This document shows positions 36,952-44,460 of a stretch of DNA of 64,000 nt, piece by piece. How positions within the stretch are numbered: position 1 is the stretch's first letter; each line of letters opens with the position of its first letter. This stretch comes from Pirellulales bacterium. GTDB taxonomy: Bacteria; Planctomycetota; Planctomycetia; Pirellulales; Pirellulaceae. The notes beneath the pieces were generated by a model, which worked only from the letters and a program-made list of their open reading frames with translations, ran no database searches and was not told the origin of the DNA. The stretch spans positions 4,269 to 68,268 of the forward strand of contig JAXMBM010000013.1 of the NCBI GenBank assembly GCA_046349855.1, written 5' to 3'. The translations under genes and the position numbers were made by a program.

Positions 36952-38906
36952 TGGAAATCATCTCCAAACAGCGCGTCGTCGAACTCCTTAGTGCGCACAT
37001 ATTCCTCTTGTGCGTCGAGCAGGGTCTCCCCCAGCGACTCGAACGATCGATCGAGTTCGTCGTCGTTGCGCGACCGCAGCCACAGGTCGAGCACGAGGGA
37101 TTCGAACTGTTCGCCGTCCTCCAGGTTTCCCAGGATGGAACTGACCTCTCCCACCACGAGTTCGAACATGCGGATCTTCTCATTGAGCACGTGGAGGATG
37201 CGGGCTTCGAGCGAACCGGCCGTGCAGAGGTTGAAGACGAAAACGTCGCGGGTCTGACCGTAACGGTGCAGCCGGCCCACACGTTGTTCGATCTGCATGG
37301 GATTCCAGGGGAGATCGAAATTCACCAGCGTATCGGCGAACTGCAGGTTGCGACCTTCTCCCCCGGATTCGGTGCAGAGCATCACCGGCACTTGATCGCG
37401 GAAGGCGGCGACAGCGGCGTCCTTTTCCTGGGCGGTCTGGTCGCCGGAGAAAACAGAGAACATCACGCCGGCGTGACGCAGGAGCTGTTCCAGCCGAGCC
37501 AGCGTGCGGCGGAAATTGACAAACACCAGCAGCTTGTGCCCTTGCGATTCGCGGACCAGTTCGAGCAACCGCTGCTCCTTGGCCGTCCGTTCGATCGAGT
37601 TGGCCAGGAGCGCGAGCTCATGCGCCTCGGGATCGCGTTCGGCGAGCCGTTCGAGCGCTGCGGCCAGCGTGGACGGATGACTCCCCTGAGCGGCCAGCAG
37701 GGCACTCAGCTGCAGGCGGGAGATGCCATCATGAGACGTGGAATCGGTGACCGCCGCGGCGTCCGGAGGTGGGAAACCGCTGGGCTCGTCCCCGGTCCCC
37801 GCGGCCGTGGTGTCCTGGATCGTGGGCGCCAGTTTCCGGCCACGTTGCCGCAGAAACTCCGCCATGCGGCGGGCGAGTTCCTGTTCGAGGCCGGTCGGTT
37901 CCGCCATGACCGTCTGCGCATACCTGGGCGGCAGATTCAGCTGCACCAGGCTCCGCGTATTCCGAATCATCACCTCGCTCAACAACGCCCGCAACCGTTC
38001 TCGATTGCGCGGATCGCGCGGGTTGCCCCGCTGCACGAAGCGTTTCTTGAAATCGGCCTCGGTCTGCAGGTGCCCGGGGACGAGCAAAGTCAGCAGGTTG
38101 TACAGTTCGAGCAGGTCGTTTTGTACGGGGGTAGCGGAGAGCAGGAACATGAAGCGGCGCTGCAGCGAGTTCACGAGTTGCCAGTTCTGGGTGCGGCGGT
38201 TCTTGCAGTGGTGGGCTTCGTCCACAATGACCAGATCCCAGGACTGTTGCGTCACCACGTCCGCCCGCTTGGCGGACTTGGCGAACGACAACGATGACAG
38301 GACGCGATCGTGCTGGCTCCAGAACTCGCCGCGGTCCCCGGCGTCGCCTTTGGGGGGAACGGCAAAATCGAGTTGGAACTTGGTGCTCAACTCCTCCTGC
38401 CACTGCGAGACCAAGGGAGCGGGGACGAGGATGAGGACGCGGCGCGCCATGCCGCGCAGCAGGTACTCGCGCAGGAGCAGGCAAGCTTCGATCGTCTTGC
38501 CGAGTCCCACCTCATCGGCCAGCAGTACGCGACCGCGGAAATGCCGCAACACGCGCCGCACGGTCTCGATTTGATGCGGCAGTTGCTCGACGCCGGTCAG
38601 CCCGTCCAGGCAAAGCAACTCGTCGAACCCGCGCAGCAGCTGGAAGCGCGCGAGCTCTTCGTGCAGCCACAGCGCACGAGGATTCGCCGTGACTTGGCCC
38701 GGCGAAAAAGTCTCGACCTGAAACGTGACCGAGAGTCCGGCAGGAGTTTGCCAGACATCCGCCGCCGGTCCTGACGCGGCGCTGGCCATCGTCGTGGTGT
38801 CGCGATGCGCTGCCTCGTGCAATTCGCTGCCGGCCACACCCATGGCATCCCTTCCTGCCGAGTCGAACGGTCCTGCCGAGTCGAGCGGTCTCCTGTGGAA
38901 TTCCAA
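36948..38906 (-). CDS. SNF2-family (RapA/HepA-like) helicase/ATPase. The true start is possibly at 38789 or 38843.
   Basis: Motifs: LLADEVGLGKTIEA (I), DLVIVDEAHHCKN (II), LLSATPVQNDLLELYNLL (III). The helicase-C region reads FSGDQTAQEKDAAVAAFRD..VMLCTESGGEGRNLQFADTLVNFDLPWNPMQIEQRVGRLHRYGQ. Confidence 0.85.
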   Translation of the reverse strand: MEFHRRPLDSAGPFDSAGRDAMGVAGSELHEAAHRDTTTMASAASGPAADVWQTPAGLSVTFQVETFSPGQVTANPRALWLHEELARFQLLRGFDELLCLDGLTGVEQLPHQIETVRRVLRHFRGRVLLADEVGLGKTIEACLLLREYLLRGMARRVLILVPAPLVSQWQEELSTKFQLDFAVPPKGDAGDRGEFWSQHDRVLSSLSFAKSAKRADVVTQQSWDLVIVDEAHHCKNRRTQNWQLVNSLQRRFMFLLSATPVQNDLLELYNLLTLLVPGHLQTEADFKKRFVQRGNPRDPRNRERLRALLSEVMIRNTRSLVQLNLPPRYAQTVMAEPTGLEQELARRMAEFLRQRGRKLAPTIQDTTAAGTGDEPSGFPPPDAAAVTDSTSHDGISRLQLSALLAAQGSHPSTLAAALERLAERDPEAHELALLANSIERTAKEQRLLELVRESQGHKLLVFVNFRRTLARLEQLLRHAGVMFSVFSGDQTAQEKDAAVAAFRDQVPVMLCTESGGEGRNLQFADTLVNFDLPWNPMQIEQRVGRLHRYGQTRDVFVFNLCTAGSLEARILHVLNEKIRMFELVVGEVSSILGNLEDGEQFESLVLDLWLRSRNDDELDRSFESLGETLLDAQEEYVRTKEFDDALFGDDFQ

Positions 38907-39068
38907 TCGTACCCCGGGGCACTTGCGAACGTCCAGACGACGATTCCAACATCGGCGGCATGGCGGAGCTCAGGGGCGGCACACTTCTTGGGGAGAAGGG
39001 GATCATGACGGGATGACGCAACGGCTCGTCCCGCCAGCTTTGATCCGCCGGTCTCCAGCCTCTTGCCT

Positions 39069-39206
39069 CTTGCGAGAAGATTCCTAAGCCCTGAAAGGGC
39101 GAAATAGAGGCGTGCTAGCGGCATTTGTTGCGCCCCTTCGGGGCTTCCGAATATTCATTCGTCCTCCTACTGGGCTGGCTTGTCGTGCCCCTTCGGGGCG
39201 GAAGAT
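39069..39206 (+). repeat. R3 element copy 1: ~140-nt series of GC hairpins with UUCG loops (possible structured RNA or REP/MITE-like element)
   Basis: CTTGCGAGAAGATTCCTAAGCCCTGAAAGGGCGAAATAGAGGCGTGCTAGCGGCATTTGTTGCGCCCCTTCGGGGC...GTGCCCCTTCGGGGCGGAAGA. It is about 90% identical to 49055-49206 apart from a ~15-nt indel. Confidence 0.75.
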
Positions 39207-39280
39207 GAAGCGGATCGTAACATTCTACAGGGTAAACGTTTGCATCAGATTTCCATCGCCCAGCGGCGCTGTCCAGCTAG

Positions 39281-39322
39281 CCTCATGCCTCCAGCCTCAT
39301 GCCTCATGCCTCATGCCTCATG
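39281..39322. repeat. Heptanucleotide tandem repeat (CCTCATG) x6, one unit degenerate
   Basis: CCTCATG CCTCCAG CCTCATG CCTCATG CCTCATG CCTCATG. The mqnE-like stop codon (39318-39320) lies in the last unit. Confidence 0.85.
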
Positions 39323-40424
39323 CCGCGCCGGTGGGTTCACGGTGGACTCGGCGGTAGAGCGTGTCGCGTTCGACCGGTTCGCGGCCGGCGTCCGAGATCA
39401 GGCGGCGGATCTGTTCGACGGACAGGGCTTGCGGGGTCGTGGCGCCGGCGTCGTGGTAGATCAGTTCGTGGCGCACGGTGCCGTCGAGGTCATCGGCGCC
39501 GTAGGCCAGGGCGGCTTGGGCGGTGCCGAGGCCGAGCATGATCCAGTAGGCCTTGAGATGCGGGATGTTGTCCAGCATCAGGCGACTGACCGCCATCGTC
39601 CGCAGGTCCATCAGAGCGGACGGTTTGCGGAGGTGAGCGAGGCCGGTGTTTTCCGGATGGAAGGCCAGCGGGATGAAGACCTGGAAGCCGCCTGTTTCGT
39701 CCTGGAGTTCGCGGAGTCGCACCAGGTGGTCGATGCGGTGGAAGTCTCGTTCGATGTGGCCGTAGAGCATCGTGCAGTTGGTCCGGATGCCCATTTGGTG
39801 AGCCACGCGATGGACTTCGATCCACTTGCTGGCGTCGGCCTTGTGTTCGCAGATCTGGCTGCGGACCTCGGGATGAAAGATCTCGGCCCCGCCTCCCGGC
39901 ATGCTTCCCAGGCCGGCCTCGACCATGTCCTCCAGGATCGCTCGGACCGGCTTGCGCGCCAGGAATTCGAACCAGTTGATCTCGACGGCGGTCCAGGCTT
40001 TGAGGTGCAGCGAGGGATAGGTATCGTGCAGCAGGCGGATCACGTGCACGTACCATTCGTACTTCATCTGGTGGTGCAGTCCACCGACGATGTGCATCTC
40101 GGTGCAGCCGTTGTCGACCGCTTCCTGTCCGCGTGCCAGAATCTGTTCGTCACTCATCGCGTACCCTTTGGGATCGCGGAGATCGGAACGGAACGCGCAG
40201 AACGTGCAGCGGTAGACGCAGATGTTCGTGGCGTTGAGATGCGTATTGATGTTGTAGTAGCCGATCTGGCCGTTGAGTCGTTCGCGGACCAGGTTGGCCA
40301 GGGCGCCGACTTCGTGGAGCGGCGTATCGGGACGGTAGAGGAACAGGCCGTCGTCGAACGACAGCCGCTCGCCAGCCAGCACTTTGGCGCGGATGGTGTC
40401 GAGTGACGGGGAGCGGGAGGACAT
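39318..40424 (-). CDS. mqnE: Radical-SAM futalosine-pathway enzyme, MqnE/MqnC family (probably aminofutalosine synthase)
   Basis: I chose ATG 40424 (MSSRSPSLDTIRAKVLAGERLS). The radical-SAM cluster motif is NATNICVYRCTFCAF. Other motifs are MHIVGGLH, GGGAEIF and FIPLAFHPENTGL. The E-versus-C assignment is from memory only. Confidence 0.75.
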   Translation of the reverse strand: MSSRSPSLDTIRAKVLAGERLSFDDGLFLYRPDTPLHEVGALANLVRERLNGQIGYYNINTHLNATNICVYRCTFCAFRSDLRDPKGYAMSDEQILARGQEAVDNGCTEMHIVGGLHHQMKYEWYVHVIRLLHDTYPSLHLKAWTAVEINWFEFLARKPVRAILEDMVEAGLGSMPGGGAEIFHPEVRSQICEHKADASKWIEVHRVAHQMGIRTNCTMLYGHIERDFHRIDHLVRLRELQDETGGFQVFIPLAFHPENTGLAHLRKPSALMDLRTMAVSRLMLDNIPHLKAYWIMLGLGTAQAALAYGADDLDGTVRHELIYHDAGATTPQALSVEQIRRLISDAGREPVERDTLYRRVHREPTGAA

Positions 40425-40477
40425 GGGGGACCCTTTCTCTCGGAAGGACGGCGGCCAGGGAGGCGGCCGCTGCCGGT

Positions 40478-41389
40478 TCACCACAGCAGATCGACGGTGC
40501 CGGCGACGAACAGTCCTATGCTAACGATGGCGTTGACGTGGAAAAAGGCGATGTTGACGCGGGTCAGATCGTCCGGCCGCACCAGCCGATGCTCGTAGGC
40601 CAGCAGTCCGGCCACGGCCAGCAGTGCGAGCCCGTAGATCCAGCCGAAAGCGATCTGCGGGCAAGCCAGGGGCAGGGCCGCCAGCAGGGCCAGCATCAGG
40701 GCGTGGCAGACCGCCGCCAACCGGAGCGCTCGCGGCACTCCCAGCCGAGCCGGCACACTGCGGAGCCGAGCGGCGACGTCGTACGAGTAATCCTGGCAGG
40801 CGTAAATGATGTCGAAACCGGCAACCCACGCCAGCACGGCGCCGCCCAGCAGCACGGCGGGGAGCAGGTCGCTGGGCTGTTCCAGCAACACGGCGCCGCG
40901 CAGCGCGATCCAGGCCGACACGGGGGCCAGCAGCAGAGCGGTGCCGAGCCAGAAGTGGGCCAGCGAGGTGAAACGCTTGGCATAACTGTAACCGCAGAGG
41001 AAGGCCAGCACGGGAAGGCTTAACGCCACCGGCAGCGGATTGGGCCAGAAGAGCAGCGTGCCGGCCACGAAGATCAGGCCGCTCAGCACCGTAAACCAGA
41101 CCACGGTGGTGACACGGAGCAGGCCGGCGGGCAGATGCCGCGACTGGGTCCGCGGGTTGGCGGCGTCGAGGTGGCGGTCGACCAGCCGATTGAAGGCCAT
41201 CGCGGCGCTCCGCGCACCCACCAGGCAGATCAGCAGGCCCAGCAAGTGCCGCGGCTCGAACGCGATGGTGCTGCCGTTCGGAGTCGGTGCGGTCCAGGCC
41301 ATCACGGCGGCCAGCAAGGCGAACGGGAGGGCGAACAGCGTGTGACTGAACCGTACCAGTTCGAGCAGGCGGCGGAGGGAAGTCAGCAT
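40478..41389 (-). CDS. mqnP: UbiA-family aromatic prenyltransferase (MqnP-like, menaquinone futalosine branch)
   Basis: The 303-aa polytopic ORF reads [24 protein letters not shown] and [24 protein letters not shown] second Asp-rich region reads YACQDYSYD. Confidence 0.8.
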   Translation of the reverse strand: MLTSLRRLLELVRFSHTLFALPFALLAAVMAWTAPTPNGSTIAFEPRHLLGLLICLVGARSAAMAFNRLVDRHLDAANPRTQSRHLPAGLLRVTTVVWFTVLSGLIFVAGTLLFWPNPLPVALSLPVLAFLCGYSYAKRFTSLAHFWLGTALLLAPVSAWIALRGAVLLEQPSDLLPAVLLGGAVLAWVAGFDIIYACQDYSYDVAARLRSVPARLGVPRALRLAAVCHALMLALLAALPLACPQIAFGWIYGLALLAVAGLLAYEHRLVRPDDLTRVNIAFFHVNAIVSIGLFVAGTVDLLW

Positions 41390-41420
41390 GCAGCACCTCG
41401 GCGGGCCGCTGCTCCTGCCA

Positions 41421-41444
41421 CCGATTCGGCAGCTGCCGAATCGG
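41421..41444. promoter_or_regulatory. Perfect 24-bp palindrome CCGATTCGGCAG|CTGCCGAATCGG, 32 nt upstream of the mqnP start
   Basis: Read directly: the second half is the exact reverse complement of the first. Function is unknown (hairpin or dimeric binding site). Confidence 0.5.
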
Positions 41445-41460
41445 CAGCGGTCGAATTGGA

Positions 41461-41505
41461 GCTGACGATGGAAAAGCTGACGATGGAGCAGCTGATGATG
41501 GAGAA
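41461..41505. repeat. 3 x 15-bp tandem repeat (GCTGACGATGGAAAA / GCTGACGATGGAGCA / GCTGATGATGGAGAA)
   Basis: Read directly. It lies between the ubiX-like core and the palindrome. Confidence 0.75.
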
Positions 41506-41531
41506 GCCGACGAAGCGTCTGGTGGAGAAAC

Positions 41532-42160
41532 CCAGCGGCGCATGAGTCGGTGTTCGACGCCGAGCTGATCGAGGATGCGGGCGACGATGAAGTCGATCAG
41601 GTCGTTCAGCGAGGTGACGCCGTGGTACCAGCCGGGCATGGCGGGAGCACGACGGCTCCGGCCTCGGCGGCCCGCCGAGGTTATCGAGTTGCGGGAGGGA
41701 GAGGGGCGTTTCGCGGGGGACGAGGATGAGTCGGCGGTGTTCCTTGAGGTGAACTTCGGCGGCGCGGCTGGACCAGGCTGCCGCTGGCGGCGTGCACCAC
41801 GCCACTCAACGTTCCCCCGAGCAGGGGCAGATGACCATACCGCCGGTGAGGAACGAGCCGCTGGCGATGGGGCCAGGAAATTCTGGTGGTGGTGGTAGTG
41901 GGACCGTGCCGGGGGGAGTCGGGGGGTGTTGGGGGAGCGAATGGGGGCCGCCGTCGTGGGGTGGGGCGTGAGGCGAAGGGAGGCGAGTTGGAACTGGTCG
42001 ACATCGAGGTCGAGTCCCAGTTCCTCGCGGAAGACGAGCCGGGCGGAGGGGGCTGAGGATCAGTGGACATCGCGCTCCAGCTCGACCAGGACTTCGATGA
42101 GCGTTGGGCGTAGACCGCGCCGCTCGCCCCGGTAATGGCGACGACCAGGGGGCGATTCAT
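41532..42160 (-). pseudogene. ubiX: UbiX/MqnL-like flavin prenyltransferase, split over all three frames (pseudogene or local assembly errors)
   Basis: The ATG at 42160 overlaps the menG stop (ATGA). Successive UbiX-like segments each sit in a different frame from the one before:
- MNRPLVVAITGASGAVYAQR
- LIEVLVELERDVH
- [15 protein letters not shown]
- [18 protein letters not shown]
- [16 protein letters not shown]
- [30 protein letters not shown]
- [13 protein letters not shown]
- [36 protein letters not shown]. Confidence 0.7.
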
Positions 42161-42867
42161 TTGACCCCCACGTACAGCGTGGCCACGCCGCCGGTGAGGC
42201 CGTAATAGCGGACGCGCTGGAGACCGGCGGCGAGCATGCGATCGGCGAGCTGCTGGCCGGCGGGGAATTCGCCCACGCTTTCCGGCAGGTAGTGGTAGGC
42301 GCTGGACGAGTTGCGGGCGAGCCACTGGCCGATACGGGGAAGGATGTGGCGGAAATACCACCCGTAGAGGGCTTTGAACGGCTGCCATCGCGGCATCGAG
42401 AACTCGAGGATCGCCACGCGTCCTCCGGGCTGGCAGACGCGCGACATCTCGCGCAGGCCTTGGTCGGTGTCGGAGACGTTGCGCAGGCCGAAGGCGACGC
42501 TGACGATCTGAAAGTGATTGTCGGGGAACGGCAGCTGCTGCGTGTCGGCCTGGATGAACGACAGGTCCTGGAGGATGCCGGCGGCCTGCTTTTTTTGTTC
42601 GGCCAGGGCCAGCATTTCGGGGCAGAAATCCGAGCCAACGACCGGGGCGTGTCCAGCTCCGGCCCGATAAAACGCCAGCGCCAGGTCGCCGGTACCGGTG
42701 CACACGTCGAGGATGGGGGCGGAGCCCGCGGGGCGGACGATGCGGGTGGTGCGCCACCGCCAGTAGCGATCGATGTGGAAGGACAGCAAGTGGTTCAGGC
42801 GGTCGTACTGCGGAGCAATTTCTCCGAACATCCGCTGCACTCGACTGTCTGACTTATCGACGGCCAT
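42157..42867 (-). CDS. menG: Demethylmenaquinone/ubiquinone methyltransferase (UbiE/MenG family)
   Basis: The 236-aa ORF reads VQRMFGEIAPQYDRLNHLLSFHIDRYWRW, the SAM motif ILDVCTGTGDLA, and GGRVAILEFSMP. Confidence 0.9.
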   Translation of the reverse strand: MAVDKSDSRVQRMFGEIAPQYDRLNHLLSFHIDRYWRWRTTRIVRPAGSAPILDVCTGTGDLALAFYRAGAGHAPVVGSDFCPEMLALAEQKKQAAGILQDLSFIQADTQQLPFPDNHFQIVSVAFGLRNVSDTDQGLREMSRVCQPGGRVAILEFSMPRWQPFKALYGWYFRHILPRIGQWLARNSSSAYHYLPESVGEFPAGQQLADRMLAAGLQRVRYYGLTGGVATLYVGVK

Positions 42868-42955
42868 ACGAATATTGACCTGGAAGGAACTCCGGGGGAA
42901 TGCTACTGCTGTTGACCGTCGTGAGTAGAATAACTTAACCGCTGGTTCGTGGAGA

Positions 42956-44404
42956 GTGGTCCCGGGAGGACTGCCGCGAGCCTCCTTGCCGGAATCGCAT
43001 ACGCCCGTGGACGAATCGCTCGAAAATCGGCTGGCCCCGCGCGCGGCGGGGGGGACTGGGCAGGGCCCCGTGCCGGTGCGGCGGAATCTGCGAGCCAGTC
43101 TGCTGGATGCGGGGCTGTTCAGCGTGATGGTGGGGCTGGGAGAGACCTTCTTCTCGGCCTACGTGCTGGCGCTCGATGGCGGCGAGATTGCCGCCGGATT
43201 GATCATTGCCTTGCCGCTGCTGGCGGGGGCGTGCCTGCAACTGTTGGCGCCGTGGATCGTCCGACGGTGGGTGCGGCACCAGAACTGGGTGGTGGCGACG
43301 GCGGTGCTGCAGGCGATCAGTCTGCTGATCATGCCGCTGGCTCAATGGGCCGGCTCGTACGCCGTGGCGGTGGCGTTTGCGGCGGCGACGGTGTACTGGG
43401 GCGCGGGGCTGTCTTCGGGACCGGCCTGGAACACCTGGATTGAAGGGATCGTGCCGCGGCGGATGCGGACGCGCTTCTTCGCGCTCCGCGTGCGGATCTC
43501 GCAAGCCTGTATCCTCGGCGGGTTCGTGCTCGGCGGCTTCTCCCTGCAGTTCGGCCAGCAGTCGGGCGCGACGCTCCAGTGGTTCACCGCGATCTTCCTG
43601 GTCTCGGCCGGTTGTCGCCTGGCTTCGGCGTGGCATCTGAGCCGTCACCGGGAGTGTCCGCGGCGCGGGGTGTCCGAGCGGCACGTATCGTGGGGACAAC
43701 TGGTACGCGGCGGGCAGACGGTCTCCAGCCGGCGGCTGTTGATCTACCTGTTCGCCGTGCAGGTGGCCGTTTACATTTCGGGCCCTTACTTTGCGCCGTT
43801 CATTCTGTCGAAGCTGGAGATCTCCTACCGCACCTACGCGCTGCTGATCGGCCTCACGTTCGTCGGCAAGGTGCTGGCGCTGCCGGCCTGGGGCCGGCTG
43901 GCTCACTATTCCAGCCCGCGGCGCCTGCTGTGGATTGGCGGTGTGTCGATCGTGCCGATCTCCGGGCTGTGGATGGTCTCGCAGTCCCTGCCGTTTCTGG
44001 CCGTGCTGCAGCTGGCGGGCGGCGTGACGTGGGCCGCGTACGAGCTGGCGATCGTGCTGCTGTTCTTCGAATCGATTCCGCGCGAAGAGCGGACCAGCGT
44101 GCTGACAATCTACAACTTTGGCAACTCGCTCGCTCAGGTGGTCGGTGCATTGGCCGGCGCCTGGTGGCTGCGCGAGTTCGGCCGATCGGTCGATTCGTAC
44201 CTGTGGTTGTTCGTCGCTTCGAGCGTGGCTCGGGCGACCACCACGGCGCTGCTGGCACGCATCCCGGCGGCGCGTCCGATCGACGAACGGCTGGAATCGC
44301 CGTCCGTGGTACCGGCCCCCGCGCTGCACCGCAGTCGGCCGGCGACGGGCACTCTGTCGTCGGCGTCTGCGACGGCACTGGCGCCGCGCGAACAGGCGAG
44401 CTGA
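42956..44404 (+). CDS. MFS-type transporter (start uncertain)
   Basis: The 482-aa ORF has ~12 hydrophobic segments (LFSVMVGLGETFFSAYVLAL, IIALPLLAGACLQLLAPWIV, ...). The antisense ORF 42935-44431 is Arg/Gln/His-rich and not protein-like. Confidence 0.7.
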   Translation: MVPGGLPRASLPESHTPVDESLENRLAPRAAGGTGQGPVPVRRNLRASLLDAGLFSVMVGLGETFFSAYVLALDGGEIAAGLIIALPLLAGACLQLLAPWIVRRWVRHQNWVVATAVLQAISLLIMPLAQWAGSYAVAVAFAAATVYWGAGLSSGPAWNTWIEGIVPRRMRTRFFALRVRISQACILGGFVLGGFSLQFGQQSGATLQWFTAIFLVSAGCRLASAWHLSRHRECPRRGVSERHVSWGQLVRGGQTVSSRRLLIYLFAVQVAVYISGPYFAPFILSKLEISYRTYALLIGLTFVGKVLALPAWGRLAHYSSPRRLLWIGGVSIVPISGLWMVSQSLPFLAVLQLAGGVTWAAYELAIVLLFFESIPREERTSVLTIYNFGNSLAQVVGALAGAWWLREFGRSVDSYLWLFVASSVARATTTALLARIPAARPIDERLESPSVVPAPALHRSRPATGTLSSASATALAPREQAS

Positions 44405-44460
44405 TCCGTCCCCTGCGGTTGTCGCTCCCATGCCTGCGGAGCTGGCAGTGACCCGCTGAG

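Noticed and set aside
42055-42060. The in-frame TGA in the ubiX-like gene as a recoded codon (selenocysteine or an alternative genetic code).
   Set aside because: All other genes in the window use TGA as a normal stop. The gene needs several additional frame changes anyway, so recoding cannot rescue it.
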